This document shows positions 25,740 to 38,010 of a stretch of DNA of 64,000 bases, piece by piece. Both the position numbers and the translations under genes were made by a program. A model generated the notes under the pieces. It saw only the letters and a program-made list of their open reading frames with translations. It did not search any database and was not told the origin of the DNA. The first letter of the stretch is position 1, and each line of letters opens with the position of its first letter. Source of the DNA: Ginglymostoma cirratum (Eukaryota); NCBI GenBank assembly GCA_024137785.1, contig JAHRHZ010000018.1:38550112-38614111 (forward strand), in the 5' to 3' direction.

Positions 25740-27120
25740 AACTTTCCTTCACAGCTAGTAGGCATTGAAAGCTGGGTCGGGGATTTTTTTGTCATTCCAT
25801 AACTGCCTTTGACGTAGCAATGAGATGTCTTCTTGAACTGCTGCAGTCCATCTGATGTAGGTACACCCAAACTGCTTGCCAGAAAGGGAGCTCAAGAATA
25901 TTGGTGGAGTGACAACGAAGTAACAACAAAGTTATGGTAATATATGTCTTGAAGTGCAACTTGCAGGTTCTGGTGTTTCTCTGCATCCGATATGAACGTC
26001 CTTTGAGATGATAGCCGTGTGGATTTGTAAGGTGCTGGCTAAAGAGCTTTGGCAAATTCCTGCAGTTACCACTATGCGTTGGTGGTGGAGGGAGTGAATG
26101 TTTAAGGTTGTAGATATGGTGCCAATTAGGAAAGTTACTTTGTATTGGATGGTGTTAAGCATTTTGAATGTTGTTGGAGCTACATTCATCCAGGCAAAGT
26201 GGGAGTATTCCATCACACTCCTGACTTGTGCCTTATCAAAGGAGGACAGGCTCTGGGGACACAGGAGGCAAGTCACTTGCCATAGACTTACTAGCTTCCG
26301 ACTTGCTCTTGTAGCTACCGTATTTATGTGGCTATTCAAATTCAGTAGCTCGTTAATGGAAACCACGAGGATGTTGATAGTTGTGGATTTGATGACAGTA
26401 ACGTCACTGAGTATTGAACAGATAGATAGTTAGATTCACTCTTGTTGGAAATGGTTACTGCCTGACACTTTGCTGGTAACGTTTACCCATTATCAGCCCA
26501 ACTCTGAATATTGGACACATCTTGCTGCATGTGGGCAATGACTGCTTCAGTATCTCAGGAGCTGCAAATAGTGGAATTAACATTGTGGAATTAACATTGT
26601 GGAATCAGTGAATGTCTCCAATTCTGACCTTATGATAGAGGGAAAGCTATTGATGGAACCACTGAAGATGGTTGGATGAAGACAATAAACTGAGGTCCTT
26701 GAACTGAGATGACTGACTGGCTTCAACCACAATGATCTTCTTCCACCTCACCCCAACATTTCCCATTCGCTTCAGTTATGTTAGAGCTGCATGATGCAAC
26801 TTCCCCACCGAGAATATAATTTCTACCCTCTACCATCGGGTTTCTTCCAATTGGTGTTCAACATGGAGGAGTATTAATTCATCAACTGAAGATAGGAAGG
26901 GTGAATGATAGAAACAGGTGTCAACCAGTAGGCGGATTTCTTACACACACACACTGAACCTGATGCTATCAGAGTCCATGGGATACAGAGTCAATGTTGA
27001 TGCCTGCCAAAGCAACACTCTCCCATCTAGGCACCAACTATATGCTGGACTATCCTGCTGCTGAGAAAGGACATGCTCAAGGATGGTGATGGTGGTGTTC
27101 GGGGCATTATTTGTAAGATA
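25740..27120 (-). mobile_element. CR1-clade LINE fragment
   Basis: ORF 25932-26366 contains KAQVRSVMEYSHFAWMNVAPTT, the same family as 16.1-17.0 kb. Confidence 0.75.
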
Positions 27121-27180
27121 TGATTACTGGGTAATATGATTAATGTTTGGTGCTTTTTAAGCAACACTAAAATGTTCAAG

Positions 27181-27853
27181 AGATAACAGGGTGTAGAGCT
27201 GGATGAACACAGCAGGCCAAGCAGCATCAGAGGAGCAGGAAGGCTGACGTTTCGGGCCTAGACCCTCCTTCAGAAATTCTNNNNNNNNNNNNNNNNNNNN
27301 NNNNNNNNNNNNNNNNNNNNNNNNNNNNNNNNNNNNNNNNNNNNNNNNNNNNNNNNNNNNNNNNNNNNNNNNNNNNNNNNNNNNNNNNNNNNNNNNNNNN
27401 NNNNNNNNNNNNNNNNNNNNNNNNNNNNNNNNNNNNNNNNNNNNNNNNNNNNNNNNNNNNNNNNNNNNNNNNNNNNNNNNNNNNNNNNNNNNNNNNNNNN
27501 NNNNNNNNNNNNNNNNNNNNNNNNNNNNNNNNNNNNNNNNNNNNNNNNNNNNNNNNNNNNNNNNNNNNNNNNNNNNNNNNNNNNNNNNNNNNNNNNNNNN
27601 NNNNNNNNNNNNNNNNNNNNNNNNNNNNNNNNNNNNNNNNNNNNNNNNNNNNNNNNNNNNNNNNNNNNNNNNNNNNNNNNCTGGATGAACACAGCAGGCC
27701 AAGCAGCATCAGAGGAGCATCAGAAAATTCTGAAGGAGGGTCTAGGCCCGAAACGTCAGCCTTCCTGCTCCTCTGATGCTGCTTGGCCTGCTGTGTTCAT
27801 CCAGCTCTACACCTTGTTATTTCAGATTCTCCAGCATCTGCAGTTCCTGCTAT
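27181..27853. mobile_element. Fold-back PLE-derived element with hammerhead-like core on each strand, 16-bp TSD, spanning an assembly gap
   Basis: 27181-27276 is inverted relative to about 27727-27822; cores at 27246-27273 (-) and 27730-27757 (+); CACTAAAATGTTCAAG at 27165-27180 and 27854-27869. Confidence 0.85.
27281..27680. other. Assembly gap (400 N)
   Basis: Run of N. Confidence 1.
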
Positions 27854-30743
27854 CACTAAAATGTTCAAGTTTGTTTTGTCACCTTTTTCCCTCATATTTC
27901 TCTCTCTCACTTTCTGGATTTGATTAGAAATTATATTAATTAGTCTAATTGACATGTCCTACTTCAGACTCTGCGCTGCTCATTAATCACCCTTCAATCT
28001 AACTGGTTAACTTCCTTGCTGTGTTCATACTTTTCCTAAAGCATCTGTAAAAGATGCCAAGCCAAATTGGTTTCTAGGTCCCACTGTAAAAGCCCTTAGG
28101 GATCTTGTGAGCAAGTGTAAGTGTAACAAATAATGTTTGCTGCTGACCATAAAGTTTGCCCTTTTGTCTTGGAATTCAATTATTCATTGCGGAGCAACTC
28201 CTTGCTCTGCACTAAGGGGAGGATTGGTACTGCCAACCTAATAGACGCAGCTCCCAGACTAAAAGAAAGGAAACCTTTACCCATCATTCTGCCCTGGATT
28301 AAAACTTAGACCCTTAAAATGCATTAATCTACTGTATTATCTCAATATCTTCCACAGCTGGTTTGCTGAGGTACAGGAAATGGACAGCCCGTGAAATCTT
28401 GGTACTTCCCTCATTATCAGTGTTTTTCAAACATTTTATATGGGGATCTTACTGTGGTGACTCCTGGCAAATAGTAACTCACTCTCAAGAACCACCTGGT
28501 CTAGACAGTTTCAGTTTGCAAAAATTTAAATACTTATTATTGTAAATTCTCTATGGGTGTAATAAAACAAAATGCTATTTAGTGGAAAAGAAAGAAGAAC
28601 AACTAACAGAAGACAAACAATGGTTGGACCTCCATGAATTCCTTTTGCAAACCCCTGTCAGAGTACCTCAGCTCAATACTGAAGTTCTGCCCAGCTTCCA
28701 TAGTTTCCAAATAAAACTGTGAACATCATGAATAATCACTGATAACTAGACTCGTTATAATTACTGAAACTTGGAAAAGTTAAGTTGGCTTGTAATTTAG
28801 ATGTATATTTTCATTTGCCAGATAATTTCATTGGCAGAAGTGCCTTTATACAATTATACATTGTCTAATTTTAAAGTGGTATCTGGCCAATTAACATGTT
28901 CACCCAATCTGAGACTGTCATCTATGTTCATTAACAGGGTAATTACTGACGTTGGCTCGGAAACATAAAATGTGAGGCTACCTAAGGTCACAGAGGGTAA
29001 TGAAATTGGAGAAAGCAGCATATTTCAGTTTACTGAAATTAACAACATGGAAATGAAGGAGGAAGTAATCTGCCAATGACAAAATCTGAAGTTAAAGGTG
29101 GTGAATTGAACTAAGGATTATGTGTGGAATTTGAACTTTTTGTGGAGATTTGGCTCTTTTGGTAGTCAAAAACATTGATCAAATTGCAAGAGCACTGCTA
29201 GTGAGGCATTTAAAATATTGGAATAGCAAATTATTTAACTGCATTTCCCTTTCCAAATAATTGATCTGTTAAATCTTTCAGTTAAAGGAAATTTGGTTAT
29301 CTGGAATGTACAAGTGCTAAAGTAATGATGCTTCATCTGCTCCAACATTTGTCTTTTTTGAGTGCAGTTAAAAATGTATGAATATTTTTATATGTTAAGG
29401 AAACAAAGGGTTAATCACATATATGATGTATTCTTGCACATGCCTTTACATCGAAGCCTTAACTACAGAATTCCTAAGGGAAGCAATACATGTTGCTTCT
29501 GTGCAAATAAATGACTACTCAAGATAATTTAGAAATGGCCCATTATTCTCTGGTGATGTACACGGGAGAATGCAAGTGAATGGCAATGTCAAGGAGTGGA
29601 ACATTTGAAATGGAAGTGTGATGGTCAGTCTGTGATAGAAGATTGTTTTCTTGGAATGTTGTTAGTTTAACTTCCATTTTGGAAGTTATCAAATTGGAAC
29701 ATTAATTTCTGTTGTCTCTTTTCTAGCTCATGCTACAAATCTTAAAAAAAAAAGTTTGATCCATAAAGCACCATGGTTAGTTGGAGCTCTGCCAACTGCA
29801 GCTGTGGAAATGATGATTCCAGTAAAGGACTCCAACCATCCAAACCGGGAGCTGGAACCAAGACTAATACTCCCTTTTACGCTGGTAATTGCTCCCATTT
29901 GTACTATGACAGTACGATTTCAATTAACATTGGGATTTTCAATTTTTGGTACACAACTTTGCTCTAATTTTGCGTGAGACTTGTAATTATTAAAACACCA
30001 CATCATCACCAGTAAATACTATTTTTCAAAAGGCACTTTGATAGTTCTGGGACGTTTTGGAGGAAGTTAGACAGGTTTTTTAAAATTAGATTCAGATCTA
30101 AGACTGATGGGTCTGTCTCTCCTTTACACTATGAAGGTGCTGAAAACATACAATTCATAATGATAGCACCAATCAGTACTCTTACTCAGACATGATAGAG
30201 AATCCAGAAAAATGCTACTGATGTTTCATTTTGGGAGGTAGTGTCAAAATACATTTTTAGAACACAGCATAATGAGTTTTACATCTCCCACAAAATTTAG
30301 AAAAAAAAAAGTCTCATTTTTAGACACTATAAAGTTGTACACTGATATAAAATGATACAGGCTTGATAGTAAATAAAATTCAGTGTTGAACAGAGACCTG
30401 AATAAACCAACATTCCACATTTCATTCTACAACTTTGTAGATTTCATTGAAGTAGGATTTCTGAAAAGTGCTGTTAATACATTACAATGAATTCCTCCTT
30501 CACAGGTAGTTATGGATTTAGGCCTGAGAGCTTCACACTAACTGCTTTAACTCCATGAATAATGATATCTTCTCAACATGGTTGCTAATCTCTATGTGAA
30601 AACTACATTTGTCTTGTCATGGTGAGGTATGGATAATTTCTAAAACATATTTTGATCAAGAATTCAAATTATATTATTACAAAAAAGTACATTAAATTGT
30701 CTAGAAAGAAGCAAACTTACATTGCAGGTAATTTGTAAACCAT

Positions 30744-30968
30744 TTTATTTAGTTGGTTCCAATCCATAGCCTGCAATTAATTGGTTCATGTAATAAGAAC
30801 AGTAATTAGTAACAATAGTCAACAGAAATTACCCTCATTAGTGACAGGCTAAATCCAATATGTTACTGCACCACAAACTATGTTCTATCATAAATAGGAA
30901 TTATGTACATAAATAATGCAATGTTTTGTCTAGTCCTATTGGACTTTCCTATCTCATATACATTTATT
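30744..30968 (-). terminator. Candidate polyadenylation signals for RPS6KC1 (AATAAA at 30963-30968 and 30744-30749)
   Basis: TTTATT on the plus strand about 250 and 470 nt past the stop codon; the context is AT-rich, so which one is used is unknown. Confidence 0.35.
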
Positions 30969-31214
30969 CACAGAATGGAGTAACTCCAGATTTTGCAACA
31001 TGATCCAGAATGCAGTACTTCAAGTGCCTGTAATGCAGACATAAACACAATAAAATAATGCATCAAACTTCAAGTTGCTCGCTTGCAGTTGTACAGTTCA
31101 CTAACGGAATTGTGGAAAGGCAGTCTCATTCGCTGGGATTTGGCTTTGAGCGTGCACCCTGAAGTACAATCCTGATTAGTGCTGTAATGGAGGCGTTTCT
31201 TTCGCATGAGTTCT

Positions 31215-31325
31215 TTACCTCTTTACTCTGGACCAATCCAATGTAGAGAAGAATGGATGTGATTTGATATCTTCAAAACCTGATACACCAGCACCAAGCC
31301 TCTCACTGGGATTGTACTGCAAAAG
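31215..31325 (-). CDS. RPS6KC1: RPS6KC1 last coding exon LLQYNPSERLGAGVSGFEDIKSHPFFSTLDWSRVKR*
   Basis: Hand-translated; CAG acceptor at 31326-31328, TAA stop at 31215-31217; matches the C-terminus ERLGAG...EDIKSHPFF..DW. Confidence 0.95.
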   Translation of the reverse strand, partial: LLQYNPSERLGAGVSGFEDIKSHPFFSTLDWSRVKR

Positions 31326-33539
31326 CTGAAGATGAGGAAAACAAAAGTATCACACAGATCCTCTAGTGGAACTGATTCTGTTACAAATGCTGCTGAATAT
31401 ATACATTCTATATTTATACTGAACCCAATCACCCTTTTCATGAGATAACCATTAAATAATACCCTTTTCTTTCTTTTGCTGAATAGTTCCAATAACTTCA
31501 AAATTAATCTGATTTACAACTCACTATCATCCTTACCTCTATCACTGATGAAACAGTGGGCAGTACAAGTTTAATGCTTTATAATAGCAACTTAGTCTGC
31601 TTGGACTTATTCTATAAGGATCTGTCTATGCATACTGTCCTTTACATCTGAGTGAAAATGTTTCCACAATTGGTCAATTCAATGACCCCAATATTTTTCA
31701 ATGAACTTCAATTCATCACATTGTCTACTGTATATAATAGTTACCACGTAGATGAATTAATTCACATTTTAAATTTTATGTGACCTCTCCTGTTGATTTC
31801 TTTCTGAACAGCATCCATCTGTTTGGAATTATCTTCTTCACACAACTAGATAGTCAGCTGTAATACTGCTGTTGAGGTCCTATTCAATGATCATAAGTGG
31901 TTGGCGAAGGTTTGAAAACCAATTCTTCAGGCCCCTTGCTTGTCACAATTCCAAATGAAATTGCTGCAACTGATATCTAGGACACTTTTTATGTACTGAC
32001 TGCTAATTCAATTGATATCTATTGTTTTGGATCTCAGGGGCTTTCACTCATCAGGAAGATTCCTATGACAGATTCTATATTTTCTACTAATAAGAAACAC
32101 AATAATCACCAGCTTACCGTCGTCACCTATTCTGTTCAGTCATTAGATAGATCTAATAGATTTTTTACAGCATAACTTGCCTTTCATAAATGGGTATTGA
32201 TTTGGATTAATTGCACTCACTCTTGCTAAGTGCTGCTCTTGATCACTTTTCTCTGTACAGGCTTTCAGTACAAACATCAGAATAAGAGGTGGAGATGCAC
32301 AAGATTATGCTTCTGATTCATTTAGAAAGTCCAGTCACTTGATTCAAACTTTGCATCCAGCACTTTTACAAAAGATTCTACAATGTTGCACTTCCTATTT
32401 CTATATTATTTTGTTCTGTACTCTCATCAGCAATTCTTTCCTCAGGCAGCACGTTCCAGTGCAGATAAATCCAGTCATCACTGTATCTGAAGTTATACCA
32501 TCTCTTTTCATTAATATAATTATCAACACTTCAAATCCAGCCACATGAAATCAACCTTCAATACTCAATTATGTGCATTATAAACTAAAAGATTTACAGC
32601 TTTTCCACGCACTGTGCATCATATTATAACCAATTCCACATTAGACCAAGGAGGAATTTACACCAGCACAAAGGCTGCTCTTAACACTAGCAGTGGGATT
32701 AGACATTTCACTCTTGCTGTTATGCTGATCTGTGTAGACAGCAGCAAATGATTCTTAATTAATTTACTTTTCTTACCAGTTGCTCATAAAACAGAAAACA
32801 TCACTAATCAGCTGATACACACTCAAGCATTCAAAAGCCACAGCAATGCTTTTCACCTAAGAGCTATCAGGAGAACATATTATTCTGAATAGGAATGAAA
32901 GTCAGAAATTAGTGGTGCTAAATCCATACATTAAACAAGATAATTTTAAGTGGAGTAGCCTGTAAAGAGAAACATAAGCACCAGAACTAAATAGGTGGCA
33001 TATCCAACTTTTTTCCGTATCTTTATAAGTGTTCTTTAGCAGCTAGGTTAAGTGCAACTTGCTTTTCTTGCTGGAAAATCAATGCCGTCAATTTTATTTT
33101 ATTAGTCTTCAATCACCAGGATACGGTAGCTCAGGCAGCCCCATTTGTAAATTACCTGAAACTACTATCAAATAAATGCATTTGTACAATTTTTTTTTAT
33201 TCTAAGGAAGTATATAGAAGGGTTAGCGCATTTCTGGTTAAACTAATTTTGCTGCGTTTAGTTTAAATGCATGGCACTGTTGGGCAGGAATTACAAATTT
33301 TAATTTTCTTGTGATCATATAATTTGCCAATGAAGAAACATTCAGGATTTACCATAATCATTTTAACAAAAATGTTCATCTTCAATTGAAAGTCGAATAA
33401 TAAAACTAGAAAATTAGAGCTAAATAGTTAGAAATATTGCATGCTGAGGAAAATGAAATTTATTTAGAACAGCCATGCCTAAGATTTTCAAGTTGATAAA
33501 TTAAATGTTTCATTGTAGCATCGGCCACAGTACAGCATT

Positions 33540-33910
33540 CTGGTCTTTGACTTAATCCATTGCTGAGACTTCAGCACGTAAACCAAGCTCACAATCCAGT
33601 CTAGTTCTGAAGCACTGCACTGCCAGAGTTGCCATTTTTTGGTCGAGGTGTCAATTCCATCTGCCCTTTTAGGTGGGTGCAAAACATCCCAAGGCACAAT
33701 TTTGAAGCAAATAAAGGAATTCTCTCCTAGCCAAACAAAATCACTAAAACACTTGATCTGGTTGCTTTCAGATTGCTGTTCGAAGGAGCTTGCAGTGCAT
33801 CAACAGACTGACTCTTTCCTTAACACTGCGACAATGATAACATTGCAAATTAATTAATGAGCCGTAAAGCACTTCAGGATCCTGAAGCTGTGAGAGGTGT
33901 TTTCATCTTT
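33540..33910 (+). mobile_element. Old SINE with Deu-domain-like core
   Basis: ctgccctttt-aggtgggtgcaaaacatcccaaggcacaattttgaag resembles the Deu domain (gatcccatggcactattcgaag); L2-like tail gtaaagcacttcaggatcctga. Confidence 0.5.
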
Positions 33911-34797
33911 CTTTTGATACAAAAATGTCTCAGTCAAGGTTTAACCCCATTTTAAACAGGTTATTCCACACCGAAAGGAAACTTCATCCACTTTTTGTTA
34001 TTGTTAAAAGTTATCCAACAATATTCTTCCATCTCAGGTGCAAAATTAAAGACACCAATATTTAAACTTCTCACAGCTAATGTTTGTCCTGGGGTAACTA
34101 AGACCAATTATAAAACCCTCCTCATTCCCTCAGCTGAAATCAGTTAATATTGATAGCTGGAAACTGATTAGAGGCGACTGAATTTATGAAGGCGGCTGCT
34201 TTCACTACTGTCAACATTGAGGAGCTTAGCCAATGTCTTCCATCTACATTCGCACATGTGCATCATAAAAAAAAAGACCGCTTTACAAAATGGAGAATCC
34301 CCATGATGGAGCACTGTGGAAGTTAGCCATTCCTATTCAATCCCTGGCCTGCTGTACCTGGTCTCAATTTGGTCAATTATTCCGGGTTTGGAATGGAAGG
34401 AAATAAAGGTCATGGCAGATTGTTATCCAGTAACAGCTCCAAGAAACTTTGCAATTGCTGCCTTGGCTGTGATCTCCTCACCATCAGATAATCAGCTCCT
34501 ATTCCACATGTAGACTGGCACATGAGGAATGACCCCTTGTGTGAAGTACAGGAAGGTTACTGATGCCAGTGTATTATAACCCACCATCAGTCTCTGCCTT
34601 CAGGACAGAGAAGATAGGAGAAAATTCCTGACACAGAATAAATGCAATGAAAAAAAAATTTGCAATAAAAAGAAAGGAACATTCTCACTCCCCCACTCAG
34701 TTCCTCCATTTATGCAGAACAAAAAAGGAACTGCTGCTTTGAAGTATAAATCCTTAATAATTCTATTCTGCAGAATTTAATTATAATAGCAGATTAC

Positions 34798-34893
34798 CTG
34801 CTGCACTACTGATCTGGCTTCCTCCGACATGTGATCTGGCATGTTTAGAGCTGTGTGCGTATTTATTCCAGCTGGATGGCACTGAAACAGAGG
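34798..34893 (-). CDS. RPS6KC1: RPS6KC1 coding exon PLFQCHPAGINTHTALNMPDHMSEEARSVVQQ
   Basis: Hand-translated, 96 bp, CAG acceptor and GTAATC donor; matches RPS6KC1 CHPAGINTHT..NMP...SEEARS..QQ. Confidence 0.95.
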
Positions 34894-34990
34894 CTGCAAC
34901 AAAGAAAAATCAGCCGCCATCGTTGAATATTATTTAGATATAATTGAAAATTCAAATATGCAATGCAGTTCCCAACCCAGCTCGACTCAC

Positions 34991-35073
34991 TTTTCCAGTG
35001 AAGAGTTCAAATAAAATTGCACCAAGACTCCACCAGTCACAAGCTTCAGTTTCTTCTGCGATCCCACCAATCT
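34991..35073 (-). CDS. RPS6KC1: RPS6KC1 coding exon (E)[27 protein letters not shown]
   Basis: Hand-translated, 83 bp, kinase subdomain IX DWWSLG motif, CTAG acceptor and GTGAGT donor, phase compatible. Confidence 0.95.
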
Positions 35074-35319
35074 CTAGGTGTGGAAAAGAGGTTACAGATT
35101 AACACAGCTTTAATTCAGTTCCTGTCTAGATCTTATTAGGTATAGTTACAGTACTCTTATACCCAAATAAAATTATTTTTGAACCATAATGGTGGCTGAT
35201 GCCTGGTCTAGTTTTCTGCAGACATTGACTTTGCTACCCTTCTCCCTTATCCCAGTCCTTTCACAGTCAACAACAAAAGACCTTCTGGACATTATTAAGA
35301 TTGGCTTAATCAGTTTGAT

Positions 35320-36210
35320 CAGCTACCTATACACTCACAGCTGTGTGGCCAAATTCCGCCTCAACTCCATTCACAAGTTTGCTGATGAAACCATCGTTGG
35401 AGGTCAGATCTCAAGCAATGAAAAACAGAAAGCCACAAAGAGACTGAGTGCTTAGCAGCATGATGTAAAGACGACACTTTCCTCATCAATGCCAGCAAAA
35501 TGAAAGAGCTGGTCATAGAATTCAGGAAGCGGCGTGGAGGGCACGCCCCTGTCTGCATCAATGGTGCTGAGGTGGAGATGGTCAAGACCATCAAGTCCCT
35601 GGGAGCAATGATCACCAACAATCTGTCCTGGTCAGCCCACATCAAAGCAATGATCAAGAAAGATCAATAATGCTTCTAGTTCCTCAGGAGGCTAAGGAAA
35701 TTCAGCATGTCCACAATGACTCTTAACAATTTTTTTTTTAATAGATGCACCATAGAAAGCATCCTATCTGGATGCATCACAACATGGTATGACAACTGCT
35801 CTTCCCAAAACTGTAAGAAACTACAACGTCATGAACACATGCAAGTCCATCACACAAACCAGCCTTCCATCCATTTACTCCAGCTATACATTCCACTGCC
35901 TCAGGAAAGCAACCAACATAATCACCCCATTTATACTCTCTTCCACCCTCTTCCATCCAGCAAAAGATATAAAAGTTTGAAACAAACAGATTCAAGAACA
36001 GCTTTTTCCCCTGTTATCAGACTTTGGAGCAGACCTCTCAAACTTTAATGTTGACCTCTCTCTCTGCCCCTATTCTGCAGCTGCAATACTGAATTCTGCA
36101 CTCTGCTCTTCTATCCTGACGCACTTTGTATGGTATGATCTTCATGTAGAGCATGCAAAACAACACTTTTCATTGTATCTCAGTACATGAAACAACAATA
36201 ATTCAAATCA
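35320..36210 (+). mobile_element. Rex1/Babar-clade LINE 3' fragment in an RPS6KC1 intron (antisense to the gene)
   Basis: LYTHSCVAKFRLNSIHKFADETIVGGQIS (KFADDT RT motif) and IESILSGCITTWY are typical of Rex1-like RT; frameshifts and stops are present. Confidence 0.75.
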
Positions 36211-37669
36211 AAAACCCAGAACCTTCATCAAAAGTGCCTCCCACCTCATTTATCACAAAGCTGTACTTTTTCTCTTTCCCAATCGCCAAGCACATCTACT
36301 TCATGCAATCTACCTTCTGCTTTCTTGTCCACACTGACCTGCTGAACAACATTTCCACACGGCCTTCACACCAGCTGGTACTGTAAATGGCTCCCATACA
36401 AAATTATCATAACGGTCCCCTCCAAAAAATAAATCTTTGATTCTTCTGCTCTTGCAAATTATCACTCTATCTTAAATGCACCTTCCTTCTCCAAGTCCTT
36501 AAAAGTAGCGTTGACTCTGAAAGTGTCCACCTTTCCCGCAACTCCATATTTGAATCTATGTAATGGGTATCAGACCCTGCTAATAACATTAATATGTCCC
36601 TAAATCAAAATCACAAATGATGTTTGTATTATGGTGCACTATCATGAAAATCTTGCTCATTTTCCTGAATGTCTCTGCAGCATTTGACAGTCAACCACAA
36701 TGTCTTCCAATGCCTCTCCCCTGTCGCCTAGTTTAAAGGGGCAGCCTTTGTTCGATACCACTCTTTCACAAGTGAATTTATCAAAGCATATCCTGCAATG
36801 GTTTCACTTCTTACCAGCACACCATTATCTCACAACAGTGTTTGGTAAGTATATAGTTTCAAGTGATAAGGGGATAACATGGACAAATGTTGCTAAGATT
36901 GATGAATTGCCATGAACTGGAATGGAGCAGCAGATTTGAAGGACTGAGTGGCCTACTGCTGTTCTAAAATGCAGGTTATTCTTCTGGATTCTAGCCAAGG
37001 AAAAGTAATATCTAAGCACCCATGCAGGCATAAAACTATTCCGCACCACCACAAATCAAATCGTTTAACTGCCCTATTAGGTGAGATACTGACTCTTATT
37101 TACATAAGGCTCAAACATGTCTGAGCGAATTAGTTTGGTTTAGTTAGCAGAACTGTTTCTTTGAAGTGAAAGGATAATTTTGCTCTATTACATCAAGGAA
37201 AAGAATAAGGTATGCAATGTGGTCATAGAATAAACACTAATGTATTTTTAATCCGTTTTCCTTTGTTAATTTCATACAGAAGGAATTTACTGCCCTAAGA
37301 CTCTCCAAGAACTTCCCGGAAATATTAGTCTTAAATGATGAGGTTTGCAAAACCTGACTTCCAAATATTGCTGACACTCGCACTAGCAGACACCAAAGGT
37401 CCTCAGAATGACAGCAGGGCACTGCTCGCCACATCCAGGACAGACTGCACAATACAAGTGGACTTCACATCAGAAACATTCAAGAGGTCAAATAGCCTCT
37501 GGAGCTGGTTGGATGCACCTTCTGCAAACTTGGCCCATCCAAGTCTAGTGTTCTGCACCCCAACCAGTGCCAGTTAGACATGTTCAGCTGCATGGATGAT
37601 CACATCCAGTGTTACTTAAAGAGTCAGTGATCCAACTTTTCTATTTGCTTATTTGATATTGAGAAGACA

Positions 37670-38010
37670 GTTGCTGGCTAGGCCAGCATTTATTGCCCGT
37701 TCCTAATTGACTTTGGGAAGGTGATCAAGAGCCTCCTTTTTGAACCACTGCAGTCCAATGCTGTTAGGGTGGAAATTCCAGATTTTGATATAGCGATGGT
37801 GAAGGAACACCAATATATTTTGAAGTAGGGATGATGAGAGACTTTGAGGGAAAGCTGCAGATGATTATGCTGGCATATATCTGCTGCCTTTGTCCTTTCT
37901 ACATAAGAAGTTGAAAGTTTGGATGGTGTATAAAAGCAGCCTTGTTGAGTTGTTGCTGTACGTCTCATAGATGATACATGATAGACACCAGTACCAAAGT
38001 GTGTCAGTAA
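37670..38010 (-). mobile_element. CR1-clade LINE 3' end
   Basis: ggccagcatttattgcccgttcctaattg is the reverse complement of the shared LINE/SINE tail. Confidence 0.6.

Noticed and set aside
27157-27709. Long ORFs made of X residues
   Set aside because: Artefacts of the 400-N gap.
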